This document shows positions 1 to 13,000 of a stretch of DNA of 64,000 bases, piece after piece. The notes beneath the pieces are model-generated. The model did not search any database, had not been told where the DNA came from, and saw nothing but the letters and a program-made list of their open reading frames with translations. Numbering within the stretch: position 1 is the first letter of the stretch; each line of letters opens with the position of its first letter. Origin of the DNA: Convolutriloba macropyga (taxonomy: Eukaryota); assembly GCF_964194025.1 (NCBI RefSeq), contig NC_134472.1, forward strand, positions 62,496,001 to 62,560,000. Reading direction: 5' to 3'. A program made the position numbers and the translations under genes.

Positions 1-743
1 CTAGGACATATGCTACCATCATATATAATACTATAAAATAATTTTATGACTATATACTGAGAAATATCGACTCGAGAATTGTGAAAATAGTTGCTACAAT
101 TTCGCGCAATTTGTGACACCTGGACAACAGTTTTAAAGACAATTTAAAGGCACTTCAAAGAAAATTAAAGACAATTTCCTGTAAAGCATTAATTTCACAA
201 GAGAGTAACTACAATAAAAATACTGCAAGGGTGCCACATGTAGGATAGAATAAATAATCAACTAATTTTCTGACTTGCATTTGAGGTGTTTTTTTTCTCA
301 ATTATGCGTCATTTTTTATCAACTGTTTTTCAATGCACTAGTAATTTACAACTCTGCAAGAGTATATTTGAAGTAAGTAAGTCCGGCATTTTAGATGAAG
401 CACTTTTACCAATTCTGATGAGTACAATTAGCCAACTGGAACTCAGATATGATCACCACTTTTTGCGAAATCAGGATTTGTCAGTGAAAACTTTTCATCG
501 TTTTTCACCAGACACATTTCCAAACGAATATTGACGCAATTTTCCATCATTTTCATGATATTCCCCCAAAAATTATTAGGTAATATTAACTTTCGTACAG
601 TTTTGCATAATCATGACAGTTAATACTTTAAAGTTTTAGCTTAATAAATGAGGAAAAGTGCGAAAATGTGTTGAAAGTGACCTTGCTTTCAGAAAACAAA
701 TGTCAATATCTCAAATCCCCGAGTTGTTAATACCAGGTAAAGT

Positions 744-1003
744 TTATGATTTGCCAGTTTGTTCTAATTGGGGTGGCACGTTTAAGAAACAGCTGGGCTG
801 TCTTGACACTGTGGGTGTGCTCTGAAATAGGATGTCACTTCCGGTGGAATGGTGGATTGATTCCTCCTCCTGCTCTAGGAAGAGGGCATTGGGTTGGGAG
901 TGAGATCGAGAGCGTGATATAATTGGGGAGAGCAGGTCCATCTGGCGTGTCTTCACAAACAGCTGAGAGGGGGGCACTCTTTGCTGCCTGGACATCGGAG
1001 TGC
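744..1003 (-). CDS. KCNQ: KCNQ terminal coding exon 14
   Basis: tttag|GC ACT CCG ATG: phase 1 matches the exon 13 donor; [10 protein letters not shown]...EQTGKS then TAA; GC-rich island in AT-rich flanks. Confidence 0.75.
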
Positions 1004-4000
1004 CTAAAATACACGGTTATGCCACCAATAAAAAAAATGGCTCAGAAACGCATAATTGATCGTTTTTTTAAACAACAACTTCAGAAAGCAAGATGAAAAA
1101 TTTCGCTGAAAAATCTTTTACTAGATGAGCAAAATTTTTAGCATAAAAATTGTATCCCGTGAAATGCATCTTTTTTCAGCCCGTGTCAGTTCATCTGTTT
1201 TATATTTCCATTACCGCGCCAATCCTACATATCAGCCTTGTCCGCGTTTGCGAACATGTTGGAAGAGATTTTGTCACCACTTAGCACGTGGAAGAAATAT
1301 GATTAAATTGTGTTCAACGGTGTAAAAGTTGCGGACAACCTTTAACAAATTACTTCACTGATCTCGCGTTTTTGCGTTTTTTGTCATCAATGTCCGCAAT
1401 TTGTGAGCAGGGGTATCGTCAATGTCCACCATTTTGAGCATGCTTATTCGATTTTAATTTTGTGCTTTGCTCCAGATTGAGTTTTAATTTGGTTTGCGGC
1501 CATTGATTACATTATAAACTACAAAATCAATGACGGAAATGTGCGTGTGTCTTGTTCACAGTTTTCACATGTAGATCAAAGCGTACAAAAAATGAGCTGC
1601 AATTAACTCACCATTATGTTTTCTTTATTTTAGCTCATCCAACAGAGAATTTGGACTGAGTGGTGATCATTCATTTTAATGGCGTCAAGCACTAACTGAT
1701 GCATCAAAAATCAGACATTACTGTATTTAGCTTCAGACTGTCTTGATACAAAACCCTCAATTCTGAATAGACAATATTCGAAATTTGATTATTCTAACAA
1801 AAAGCCTCGGTGCAGTTTTTCTTCATACAAAAAAATTAGATTTTTGGATATTTTAAGAAAATACGCCAGTGCTGTTTGATATTATACATAAACTTAGTAT
1901 TCTGATAATTAAAATAAGAAACCCTAGTGCTATTTTGTTTTCACTCACTGATATTTGGGTCCTAAAAAAGAATGATAAAATGATCAATCTATTGCAAATA
2001 AAAAAGAAATCAAATAAAAATATAGTCCTTAGCTCATTGGCACATTGAATATAACTAAAAAGGTTAGAAAAAACGCAAATAAAAAATAAAGGAGTTAGTT
2101 TTAATTCAATATTTTTGTATGACACGTAATTCAACGCATTACGGACGCAAGTTATTTTACCACGATAAAGCTTTTGATAAATGCAATTTTTTGATAAATG
2201 CCATTGGGGGATTGATTAATGATTGTTGTCGTTTTTGATAATTTCAGTGGTTAACAAACAATCTCCACATTCTGCTATTTTTATGCTTCTATTAACATTA
2301 TGTTTTCTCCTATCTTTAATCGGATTTCGTTGATTTTCAGGAAACGGGTCCAATGTCAAAGTCGCAATAAAAAAATTCGGATAATAAAGACGCGGATAAT
2401 AGTGACCTTAATGATAGGGAAACTAGCAGCGCATATCAGTGAAAAAGACACCAAATCTGCGGCAGTAAGTGACGCTCAAATTCTGGAATATAGTTACCTT
2501 AGCACCGATATTAGTGGCAAAAATTTTTAAATGATAGTAACACAGATCCTTCCGTTTTTCCCGCTTGTCACCATTTTACTCAAACTGATTTCCCTTACTT
2601 TCACTGTTGTTTGCAAAAACCTAGAATCTTTGATCCTAAACATGTTGATTTGATCTGAAACATGGTTAGCGGACAATGGTGACATTTGCAATCAAATTTT
2701 CTGGCTCAAAAAGTAGGTTTGGCAGTGTAATGCTTTGCGTTTTTCCGGACAGTTTGTTCTAATAAATTTCAGCTTTTAAAATGTGAAACTAAATAAGCAT
2801 CTTTGCTGAAGGTATTGATGATTTTCGAAATTATGGATATATTTATTGAATGAGCTCAAATGGTGTTTAAATCTTGAAAAAAATATGGGCAATTTACGTC
2901 AGAAAAAATTAGGCAAATAGGATGTAGATAAAAGTAAATACGCTGTTGTTAATCAATTCGACAATTTGAACTGATGTAAGGGCAATGCTTGATGCTATGC
3001 CACATGTTTACTCTCGTAGGCACAGGCAAAATAATGACATTTATATGCTTGGACCTTCGAATATCGAACCATAAAAGTAGACCATCAAAAAAATAACAAA
3101 ACTACACAAGCAAAATGGATGAAATAATGTCTCCAAATTGTTTTTACTGTCGTAGATTTCTCCTGTGTTGATTTTATGATTCTCTTGGTGCAGTTTTTAA
3201 TAATAATTTTTGCTCATTGCGACGAAATTTTTTACCTTTTCTTGTCACTCTCCCTATAGTTGCAGCCGACTTATACACTTTTTTTGTACGCGTTCATTTT
3301 TTAGCTCTCTTCTCTTTTGCATTATGCCTAAAAGATCTTTCGAAGCTTGTCAATTGTTTGGTAATCCACATATTATAATTCTTTCAAAATTAATAGGGAG
3401 GAAAAAGAAAATCACATTGAAGTCGTGTGATCCATAGTCCTGTAAATTTGCTGAATCAATGCTTATATGCTTGGTTGCAATTTTAGCGTCCATTTTTATG
3501 GTTAAAAACAATAGAAAATAGAAATATTGGTCATTAATATATTGTTAAAAGAGCACCGACTGAGATTGGAATACACATTAAAACAACAATTTTGAGCAGA
3601 ACTAACAGGTTGAGTTAGATACCCGGATGATGGTGTCAGAGCAAATCAGCGCTGAATCAGTTTTGAAACATTCTGTCTTATTTCTGGATGGCTAGTACTC
3701 TGTTCATGTCACAATTTACACTGGCTTGTCTTCATTTTTGAGTAAAATTTACTGTATAAAAGATATATGCTCTGCTTAACTCTCGCCTACAAAGTTTGCT
3801 ATATCTGCGATTCTCACACAATTTTCTGAAAAAAGCTCTTATCTTGTAACATTCTTAAAGTTTTTCAACAGTCACAGCTTCTGAATTGCCAAGTTTGGAA
3901 CCTCCGGTTCGAGAAGCAAAGAGGCCAGGAATATCCTGTACCTGACCCAGTCGAGACTCGGACCCCCGATCTGTAGCCCAATTTGGTCTAACTAAGCCGT

Positions 4001-7000
4001 TTTTGGTCGAGGATCTCAAACAATGTGGGTCGAAAAATGTGAGCATACCTTCATCCTCGCTGCTACTGATGGCATTCTGTACGTGCATGTTGTGGACAGC
4101 TTGTGTCTTGTCCTTCCTGTACATGTATATCAAGTGGTCCAGTTTCCTCTCCAGATGTGTGAGCTGGTTCTCTATCTTGACCACCCTGGCAGCCACTGTC
4201 AGTTTGGAGAAGCTAGACTCTTGCTTCTTTCGGTCCTTCTGGCCCACAATCAGAGCAAATCTGGAACAAAAAAAGATTTTTTTTACTCCATTTGAAAACA
4301 GTTTTTACGTCTTTTAGCTTCTCTACTGTTAACAAAAAAGTTTTGAAATGAATGAAGCTTAAATTAAAGCAATATATCTTCGCGAATTGGTGCAAAAAAG
4401 GTTACTTTAGTTGACGTGACCATAACTTACCTATTGACTACAGTTTGGTGCCGGCATCAAGAAAATAAAATTTATCAGAAAAACGAAAAGATGAAAATTA
4501 ATTTATAACAGTTTTATAAAAAAACAGTGGCAAACATGAATTCCTAAAAGCGTTTCACGTGTGTCTTCTATATAGATGGGTAAGAAAAAACAGTCTTGTA
4601 TTTTTTCAAACTTTGATTGTATGGAAATAGATGTAAAAACAGCACAACTTTGACCCAGGGAGTGAAAGGCATGTATATTTGGAGAGAATGGCTGACCAAA
4701 AATCTGACGACTATTATCCTAATCCAGTTCTTGGAAAATCAACAATATACATTGCCCAGAAGTTCTTTTGAGCACAAGAGAGAATTAAACTGGTGAAGTT
4801 TTAGCAGGTCTGAAATTTCAGACCCCCACATGGCAAAACGTTTTCAGAAGGGCTTTTCTGACATAGAGGGTTCACATGAAGGTTCTCAATGTAAGTATTT
4901 TTGTGAATTAGAATGAATCGATCGCTTAGCACTCAGACAAAACCTAGTTTTCACAAAACTTAATAAATTTCTCACTTAATTAGCACGAACGAATTTTGCG
5001 ACCCAAGTCCACAAAACCCCGGGTTGCTCATCATACAAGTAGTCATGTTTAGTAGTCATAGTAGGTCATATATGATTCCTAGTAATCATACTACGTCAAA
5101 TATGATTTGTATGACTTCTTAGTAATCATGCAAAGTTCAAAATCAAACTTAACCCCAAAATGCTTAAATCAATGCGACCTAAACTACTGATAACGAAAAA
5201 CCTCAATCAGTGCAGCCATACTTTGAGAAAAAAATTACTTGGTACTCGTAATAGGTCATATATAATTTTATTGAGTTCTTAGTAGTCACACGCGGATCGT
5301 TAACAAAAGTTTAAACGATGCAACGCATTCGGAAAATAAATAGAGACTTTCGAAAAGGAATAAAAAAAACCAAAGTTGACATTAGCAACAGTTGATAAAT
5401 AAAAAAAATGGTTTCAATTTTTGGTTATCACACTATAATATATATATCAAATAGATTTTTGTATGATTTCTTCGTAATCAAACATTTTTTCAAATGGTTT
5501 TTTCAAGAACCAGAACAATTGATAATGGCCAATTGATAAAGGAACTTAAAATAATCTGCAGATGCAATGTTTCAGCACTGAATTAAACTTTTACACTTGA
5601 AATGTGCTAGTTCAGCGCTTAAATGCTCTGACACTCAAGTCCAGGCCAATAAACCCCATTATTGAAGGAAACAAAAAGGAGCTCAAAATTAAAAATTAAT
5701 TTCAAAATTTCTGGAATCTGCGAATCAGAGTTTTCAGTTTCATTTTCAAGACTGCTTTTGACAATTTTCACAAAACGCAGCCCGATTCCAGATAACTGAT
5801 TAATCGTTTTTGTATGATTTAAGATCACTGAGTTTTGTTTTTTGAATTTTGATGCCAGTCCTTGTATATGCATTTTTATATGTATCGTTCTGATATAAAG
5901 ATGTTTATTTTTTTTTGCTTAAGACCAGACAATAATGAAGCTATTGTTCGAATGATGGGGAAAGCACAAAAACACTTTTCGTATCTTATTGGCCACTTTT
6001 TAATCCTAAGTTTACCCTAAATCAAATAAAAAACCTGAAAGCCTATGAACTTCTTGAGTTTTATAATAATCGTACATTTTCCTGGAGTTATTTCAGCGGA
6101 AAAGTCATCATACTCCCCATTCAGATTACGCCCCAGATCTTACATCGTCTTCGGTTGAATTGTGAAGCGTAAGTTCTCAAATGTTCCCTCATCCCCCCAT
6201 TTGTCCCCTACTCTTACACCGGTTTTCCTCCTATCTATGTTACTATCAACTGTTACACCATTGGGGCTATCTAGACAGCAATTGATTTGAAGTGTTCTAA
6301 CTTGGACTGTATGTCTTTGACTCTGGTGATGAGGTCCACATGTCCACTCGCGTACTGTTCTATCACATCCTTCACATCGTATGGCTTGAGAGCCTCTTTG
6401 AATTTAATTCTGGCTCTGAAGTACTTCATTCTCCTGATGAATCTAATCGCTATCTTGTGTTTAGGCCGCAACTTTGTTAGTCTTTTCGGTGCCTCTTCTG
6501 AAAAAAGTAAAAGAACTATACACAACAAAACAACTCTTTTAAAAGACGTGATAATTCAACAGAAAATTTGTACCAAGAATCTTCCATCAGCTTTCACTTA
6601 CTTTTTTGTCAATTTCTTCATAACACTTCTCTATGCTCAAAGTAAATTTTAGTGTGTTCTTCTAAATTTTTGCTAAGTCCGACGTTTGACCCCGTTTTGT
6701 CTGCAATTTTGTCAAATTGTTACAAAAACATTTTGGTTAAAAGTGAGCAAAAAGTAAACAACAATCGAACTACACTTGTTATTGTATGAACTAACCTTGT
6801 TCGTTCTCTGACTCGTTGAAAGAGTTTTTCCTGGAGGAGGGATTACTGAAGAACCCCCCTGGGAAGTATGCCTCGAAGTTGAGACTAAGTATGGATCCCT
6901 TCCTCCCATTGGAACCCACCCCACCTGTTCCTGGTGTATCTGAAAGACAATGCAACAACATCACTGACCTAGACAGCTCTTTAGCTCTTTAAAAGACTCA

Positions 7001-10000
7001 ACACTGCCGGAAAATAGCCAACTTTGACCACCCACTGACCGACGTTGGAATTAAAAAAGCTGCGAGGTTTCTAAGTTTTAACCCAGGTTGCCCACCTTAG
7101 ACGAAACTTTAAAACTTATTTCTTACTAGGACTTATAAGGTGCCTATTAGAAAATCGATACAACGTTGCTAAAAAAAGAATTTTAGTGCAGGCCAGTAAG
7201 CCAAGGGTAAAAACAACAGCTGACTTTAGTTTGGGGTTTGGGACTGTTTTGTTCACTCTCAATTTTTTATAGATTACTGTGAACCCAAATTTATCAAAAA
7301 ATTGAGCAAAACAGCTATCTCGTAAAAAGTATGCGAATGGATTTTTATTTCGTTGGCGTTTTCAGTCCTGCGAAAACAGTTTTATTGGCAGTTAATAACC
7401 AGTTTTCAAATTTGGCGTTCTTCATCTATGGCTATGTTCACTTTGTAGCCGAATAATTTTTGGAGTGTTATCTCACTTGAACAAAGTACAACTATTTGGT
7501 TAAATGCTTTCATGGCTTTAGTTGAAGCTCATAGACCTTAATTATGTTTTTACTGCATTTGCACGCCATCTTTTCTTTTTCCAGTTTTTTTTTCAACTCC
7601 TCTCATTGGGTAAGTCAAAGAGAAATAGTTATTGGACCACTGTCCCCTCTTATTTGGTGGCAAATAACTGGAGCTCTGATTGCTATTATCCTACAAGACT
7701 GATTGTGAAGTTACTATTTTTTAAATTTATTTAATTCATTCTTTAATTTTTTTAAAATTATTTATACTACCAGGGTGCAGCTGAGTGAAGTTGTGATGGG
7801 CTGTTGTGTTCTCATGGTGAGCAGAAGAAGTGGGATTGTGGTTGAGGTTGAGAGATGACCTGCAGAACTTCTTCCCAATGTTGTTGGGAGGGGGTTTGCC
7901 TGTCAGTGACATCGAGTGACCATTGTTGGAACTGTGAGTATGGTTCTGATTATGATGACCACTATTGTTGGTGCCTGACTTGTGGCCCTTTCGACCTCTA
8001 ATTGAGGGAATACGCTCGATCAAGTTGCCCCCTGTCAACTTCCTATAATAGATTGTTCAGATTACAAACTATTTGAGAAATCTATTGACGCCATTCCAAC
8101 AAAAACAAAGAAATTGTTGTGCCAACTCCAGTCGAGACGTAGACTTATGGAAAGACCGTCCACTCTATAATATTAGCTATGAAAGGACTACTCGGCAGAT
8201 ATTTGTTATGGAAAGGACCCTTGAAAATAACATAATATTGGGAAAGTTTGTCAAATACTAATCGGTGATTTGCAGGAAATTGTGTAGCTTTGCAGTAGGT
8301 GACAATGTTCTAAGATTTTAAAAGATAAAAAGCGTCAATCTGTTGATACGATGACGAAAATTTACTACTCCACGGCCTTTTTCGGCAAAATTTTTGCTGT
8401 CCGGTCGGAACTGGACAGCAAAATTTAATTCGAGATAACGTCCAGCAGCACTTCGAAATCATTTATGAAGCTGTGCAATCAAATATAAGCCTGTGATGAT
8501 TTTGGACGTTTGTGCTTACCTTGAGAGTGGGTTAGTGGCTGAGCCGAAGAATATGTTGTTAGTGATTGAGTTTTGGTTGTTGTGTTGTGCAGATGGGGAG
8601 AATGATGAGGAGTGGTGGGTGGGGGGAGGGGTGACTACATGGATAGTCCATGTGGCCACTGACAAGGACTCCTCCCCTGCTGCGTAACATCTCCACACAC
8701 ACTATAACAATAGTTAGCCAGTAACCAACCTGAATTACAGCTACTTATCAAAAGGTTCCAGTCCACTGATATTGTATATGAACAGACCTTTCATCAACCC
8801 CAGCTTGACCCAAAAGGGTGCGGTTGACTATGCTTTTACAAATTGGCGTCGCGAACTTCTCAAATTGGCGACATCTCGAATTGGAGAAAGCTTTTTTAAA
8901 AATAAGGTGTATATGGGAGTTGTTTATACCAAACAAAAATTGAGTCGGAAACAGTATCAAGTTTCAGTGTCTCTATTAAGTGTCAAAAGTTTTCTTTCAA
9001 ATTTTTGTTTAAAATAGAAGCATTTTCTTCATAATATTGATTAGCAATTGGGTCAGGATCATATTCAGGGAGAATCGAAGAACAGATTGAAGTTCTCCTA
9101 TATATGTGGATTTCTAAACAACAAGACTATTTAATTCAGACTAGGTTACTCAAATATTTGAAGAATGAGGAAAATTGCGCATCGTCATTATGAAAAACAA
9201 TATTATGACAGAATCTTAAAAGAGGATGCATCATCTTACAATATTTTCTGACAGAACCTAACAAGATAAACCTTCGTGGTACAAGAATCTTACAAGAGGG
9301 CCATTCGCTTTACAAGATCTTTTCTTGTAACGCAGTGAAGTTTACTCTATATCCAATTTGTTCTTCAAAAGAAACTCAATTGTGCTTTTTAACTTCTATT
9401 TCAACGAGAAAGTCTCTTAAAAGGTCACAAAAACAATTATTGTTATTAGAACTTCAATTGTTGTAGCAAAAAGGCCTTCTCAAGACTCTCAATAAGTTCG
9501 GTGACAAATGATTTTGGTTTCCGTCACTTTTTGTGCTTTCGTGACGTGATACTCCGAGGGTACTGATGCCTTTTCAGACGCTAAGAAGCAGTATTGAGTT
9601 GAGACTCCAATTTGTTGAAAATGACAATATATATTTTAAGAGGGATGACAAATCTAAGACAAAAAAATTGATTGCAAAAAAATATCGGCATAAGCAGAGA
9701 ACAAGTCGGTCAAAATATTTGTTCATACCTTAAAGTGGAGATGTTCTGCCCCACAAGTAAGTGACAGAACAAGAGTCTATGATAAAAAACAGGACGATCA
9801 AAAAACATATTGCTCTTTTGTTTCTCAGATAGTTTAGGAAATTTACAAATTCATTTTTGATCAGATGCTGTTTAATTCTTTGGTAAGAACAACAAGCATT
9901 TTATGTCTTTCCTAGTTGAATAGAAACCAAGTTTTAATTTACTTTTGAGTTTACAGATAACGACAAACCTACGAAGGAGCTTACCAGAAGGCTTCGCAAA

Positions 10001-13000
10001 TTTTGTCATTAAAAATTTAAATAGCTTTCCTTTTAACGCAATGAAGTTTACTCTATATCCAATTTGTTCCTCAAATAAAGTCAATTAAGCTCGCTAATTT
10101 CTATCATAATGAGATAATTTCTTGAAGGGGCAAAAAAAATAATTATTGATATTGGAAAAGATTTTGGTTTCCGCTTTTTGTGCATTTGTGCCGTGCTACT
10201 CTAAGGGTATTGGTGCCCTTTTCAGATGCTAAAAAAACTTTTCTGTCTTTCAAATTTGCAAGAATCTTACAAGATAACCATTTGTCTTACAAGAATCTTA
10301 CAAGATAAAAAACCATCCAGCCTCGACCAGGGTTGCCTAAATAACTCTCCAAAATGTATAAAAGAAGCACATGTCAACGCGAGCACTTGCACCAAGTTCA
10401 CTTGATAGAAAATGAAAAAAATTGACATCATCCAAAGATATATGTCATTGCCACTTGTTTCTGCCTATTGAAAAAGGTTTGGTTTCGGAGTGATTGTATG
10501 GGACATTTGTAGTTGATATGTTGTTTATTCAGAAATAGCTTGGTCAGATCAACAAATTCTCGTTAAAAGTTTTTACCATTTTTGTCAATTTTGAAATGCA
10601 TTAATAAAAAAATCTTGTTCTTTAAACTCTACTTTGCTTATTAGCTGTGCAATGATCACGACTTGTCAAGTCTTGATCAAGATTTGACTCAAGACTTGCC
10701 AAGACGTGACTTAGACGTGATCAGTAGTGATTAGTCAATTCAAGACATGTTAATTACTGGAGAAGTACTGATCAAGACTTGAAATTCGTTCGGGAAAAGA
10801 ACGTCCGTCGACCAAAACTTGGATAAAAAACGTTGTATAAAAATTTAAGAATAAAGTTAAGAAAGACTGTTGGTCGACCAATATTTGGGTGCACAAATTG
10901 CTGGTGTACGAATATTTTGGGTACTAGATAGAAAACAGACTTCCTGAACCATTATTTGTTCGATCGATATTCGGGTTCAAAAAGAGCGCTGGACGACCGC
11001 TATTTGTGCTTGACAAGAGTGCAGTCGAATAATCCTGGATATAAACTCATGGAGATGTTTTGGCCATAACTTGTCACTTTTAGAAATTACGAAAGAAGAT
11101 CTCATCTCTAACCTGCAGTAGAGTGGCAGCTGGATGTCTCCTGCGTGCAAAGTGTTTCTGTCTCTGCTGTTCTTGCACTTTCAGGGCAAACCCACTCCCA
11201 AGGATACCCTATCACACCCACAACAAATACTTGCAATCATCATTAACAGTCATCTGTTGATACTAATTAAATGAGAGCTATGAAATTTTTGGTCTTTTCC
11301 AATATCACCCTCACAATTATAGCATAAATTCCCGTTTTATGATATAGGTGGGAAGGGAAATGATGTGATCACTAGGCTGGGTGGGAGATGAGGCATTATA
11401 ATGGAAAAACCACTCCCAGGAATAACTTTATAACACCGAAGCGCAATTGTAGTTTTTACCCCTACCTCGAAACTGAGCATAAAAATCGACTTACTTTGAT
11501 TTTGAATAGAATGATACAAGGTTTTACCAATAAAACTCATTTTTATTTTTTCAAAGAACTTAACAATAGGAAAAAAATAACAACCAAATTAAATTGATAA
11601 TGACTTCAATTTGAAAAATATCCACCTATCTTTTCATTTTAGTTTAAAAGAAATGAAACATTTATTCTAATTCTCATTTTAATAATCATTTCACTTCCTC
11701 AGTTAAAAAATCTAGAGGGGAATATCTTCTTTTGGAGCTGTTTTTCATAGACGTAATTGAGACGACTAATTTTGTTCGAGATAGAAGGCAGCATAGCACG
11801 GCTACGCAGTTCCTATTATATACTTCAATCATTTTCGAGGAATGTTATTCAACAAATTAGGTAGTTGAGTGTTATTCTGACGATTTGCTGATCAGTTTGA
11901 TTGTGCCAAAAGTAGCAAATGAAAAAAAACATGAAACAGATTCAAAACAGTATTTCAAAGTATTAATAGTTTTGCAAGAACATCAATCATAACTGATCAT
12001 TTCGAACAACGTTCTTCTATAAACAATCGGTTATAATACACAACTATGTGCAATATAAAGCTCAATATTGAGGTTTAACTTGGTAGAACCACTAGACATA
12101 TATAATCAAATGACTGAAAAGAGAAAAAATCAGTACCAATTCAAAAAGACGTTGACTGCTAGTTTTAATTGTTTTGATTGTCTGGTTTGTTCATTTAAAA
12201 AAAACACTATTATACCCTAGATCTGTGAATATAAGATTTAAATATTTACAGAGAAATGCAGCGTAAATCAATAACAAAATGAACTGAGGAAACATTAAGA
12301 AACTGAGAAAAACACCAAGTTTAAATACCAAAACAATATTATTTGAACCTGAAGGATTTCTGCTATACAAAATGTTCTCAGTTGTCTACATGTGTTTATA
12401 CAGAAAAAGTTTTTTAGTTTAATTTTGCAGTTGAGTTATTATGCACTGAACACAAAACTGCGCAAAATTGAATTGTGTACTAGAACACCTTTTTGGTGAC
12501 ACTTTGCTTATGCATTTTTCAAGTTGAGATTTTATTCAATGCAATTTTTTAGATAAAAATTAAACGTTCGCAAACACAGGGTGTCATGATGAAAGGCGGT
12601 TCTACTGTTTTTTAGTAAGTTGTGATAATATGTGGCGGTCTTGTATTCGAAAAGCATCAAGATAGGAAGAAAACCCTATTGGATTTTTAGATCTGAAGAA
12701 GAAATCTTTTTTATTTGGATGAAAACAGCTTTGATAGCCCAATTAAATTGTTTTTAGTGTTGTTATGGAGTTCTGATAAAAAAACAAAAGTACTGAAGAA
12801 CATTAAAAATGGTCATTTTATTACCCCTGTCCTATGATATTTCGAAGCGCATAAATGTATTTAATTCCATGTTCAATTTTCAACAGAAATGTGTTCTATT
12901 GCTTTTGGTACTTAAGTCCTGTGTTAATTTGAAAACCGAGGTTTTTCACTACTTTTGTGGACTTTATAAAATATTTTCCTACTTTTATAATTGTTTCATC

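Noticed and set aside
6712-6924. Listed 70-aa ORF as the exon 11 translation
   Set aside because: Splice phases require a different frame ([16 protein letters not shown]...).
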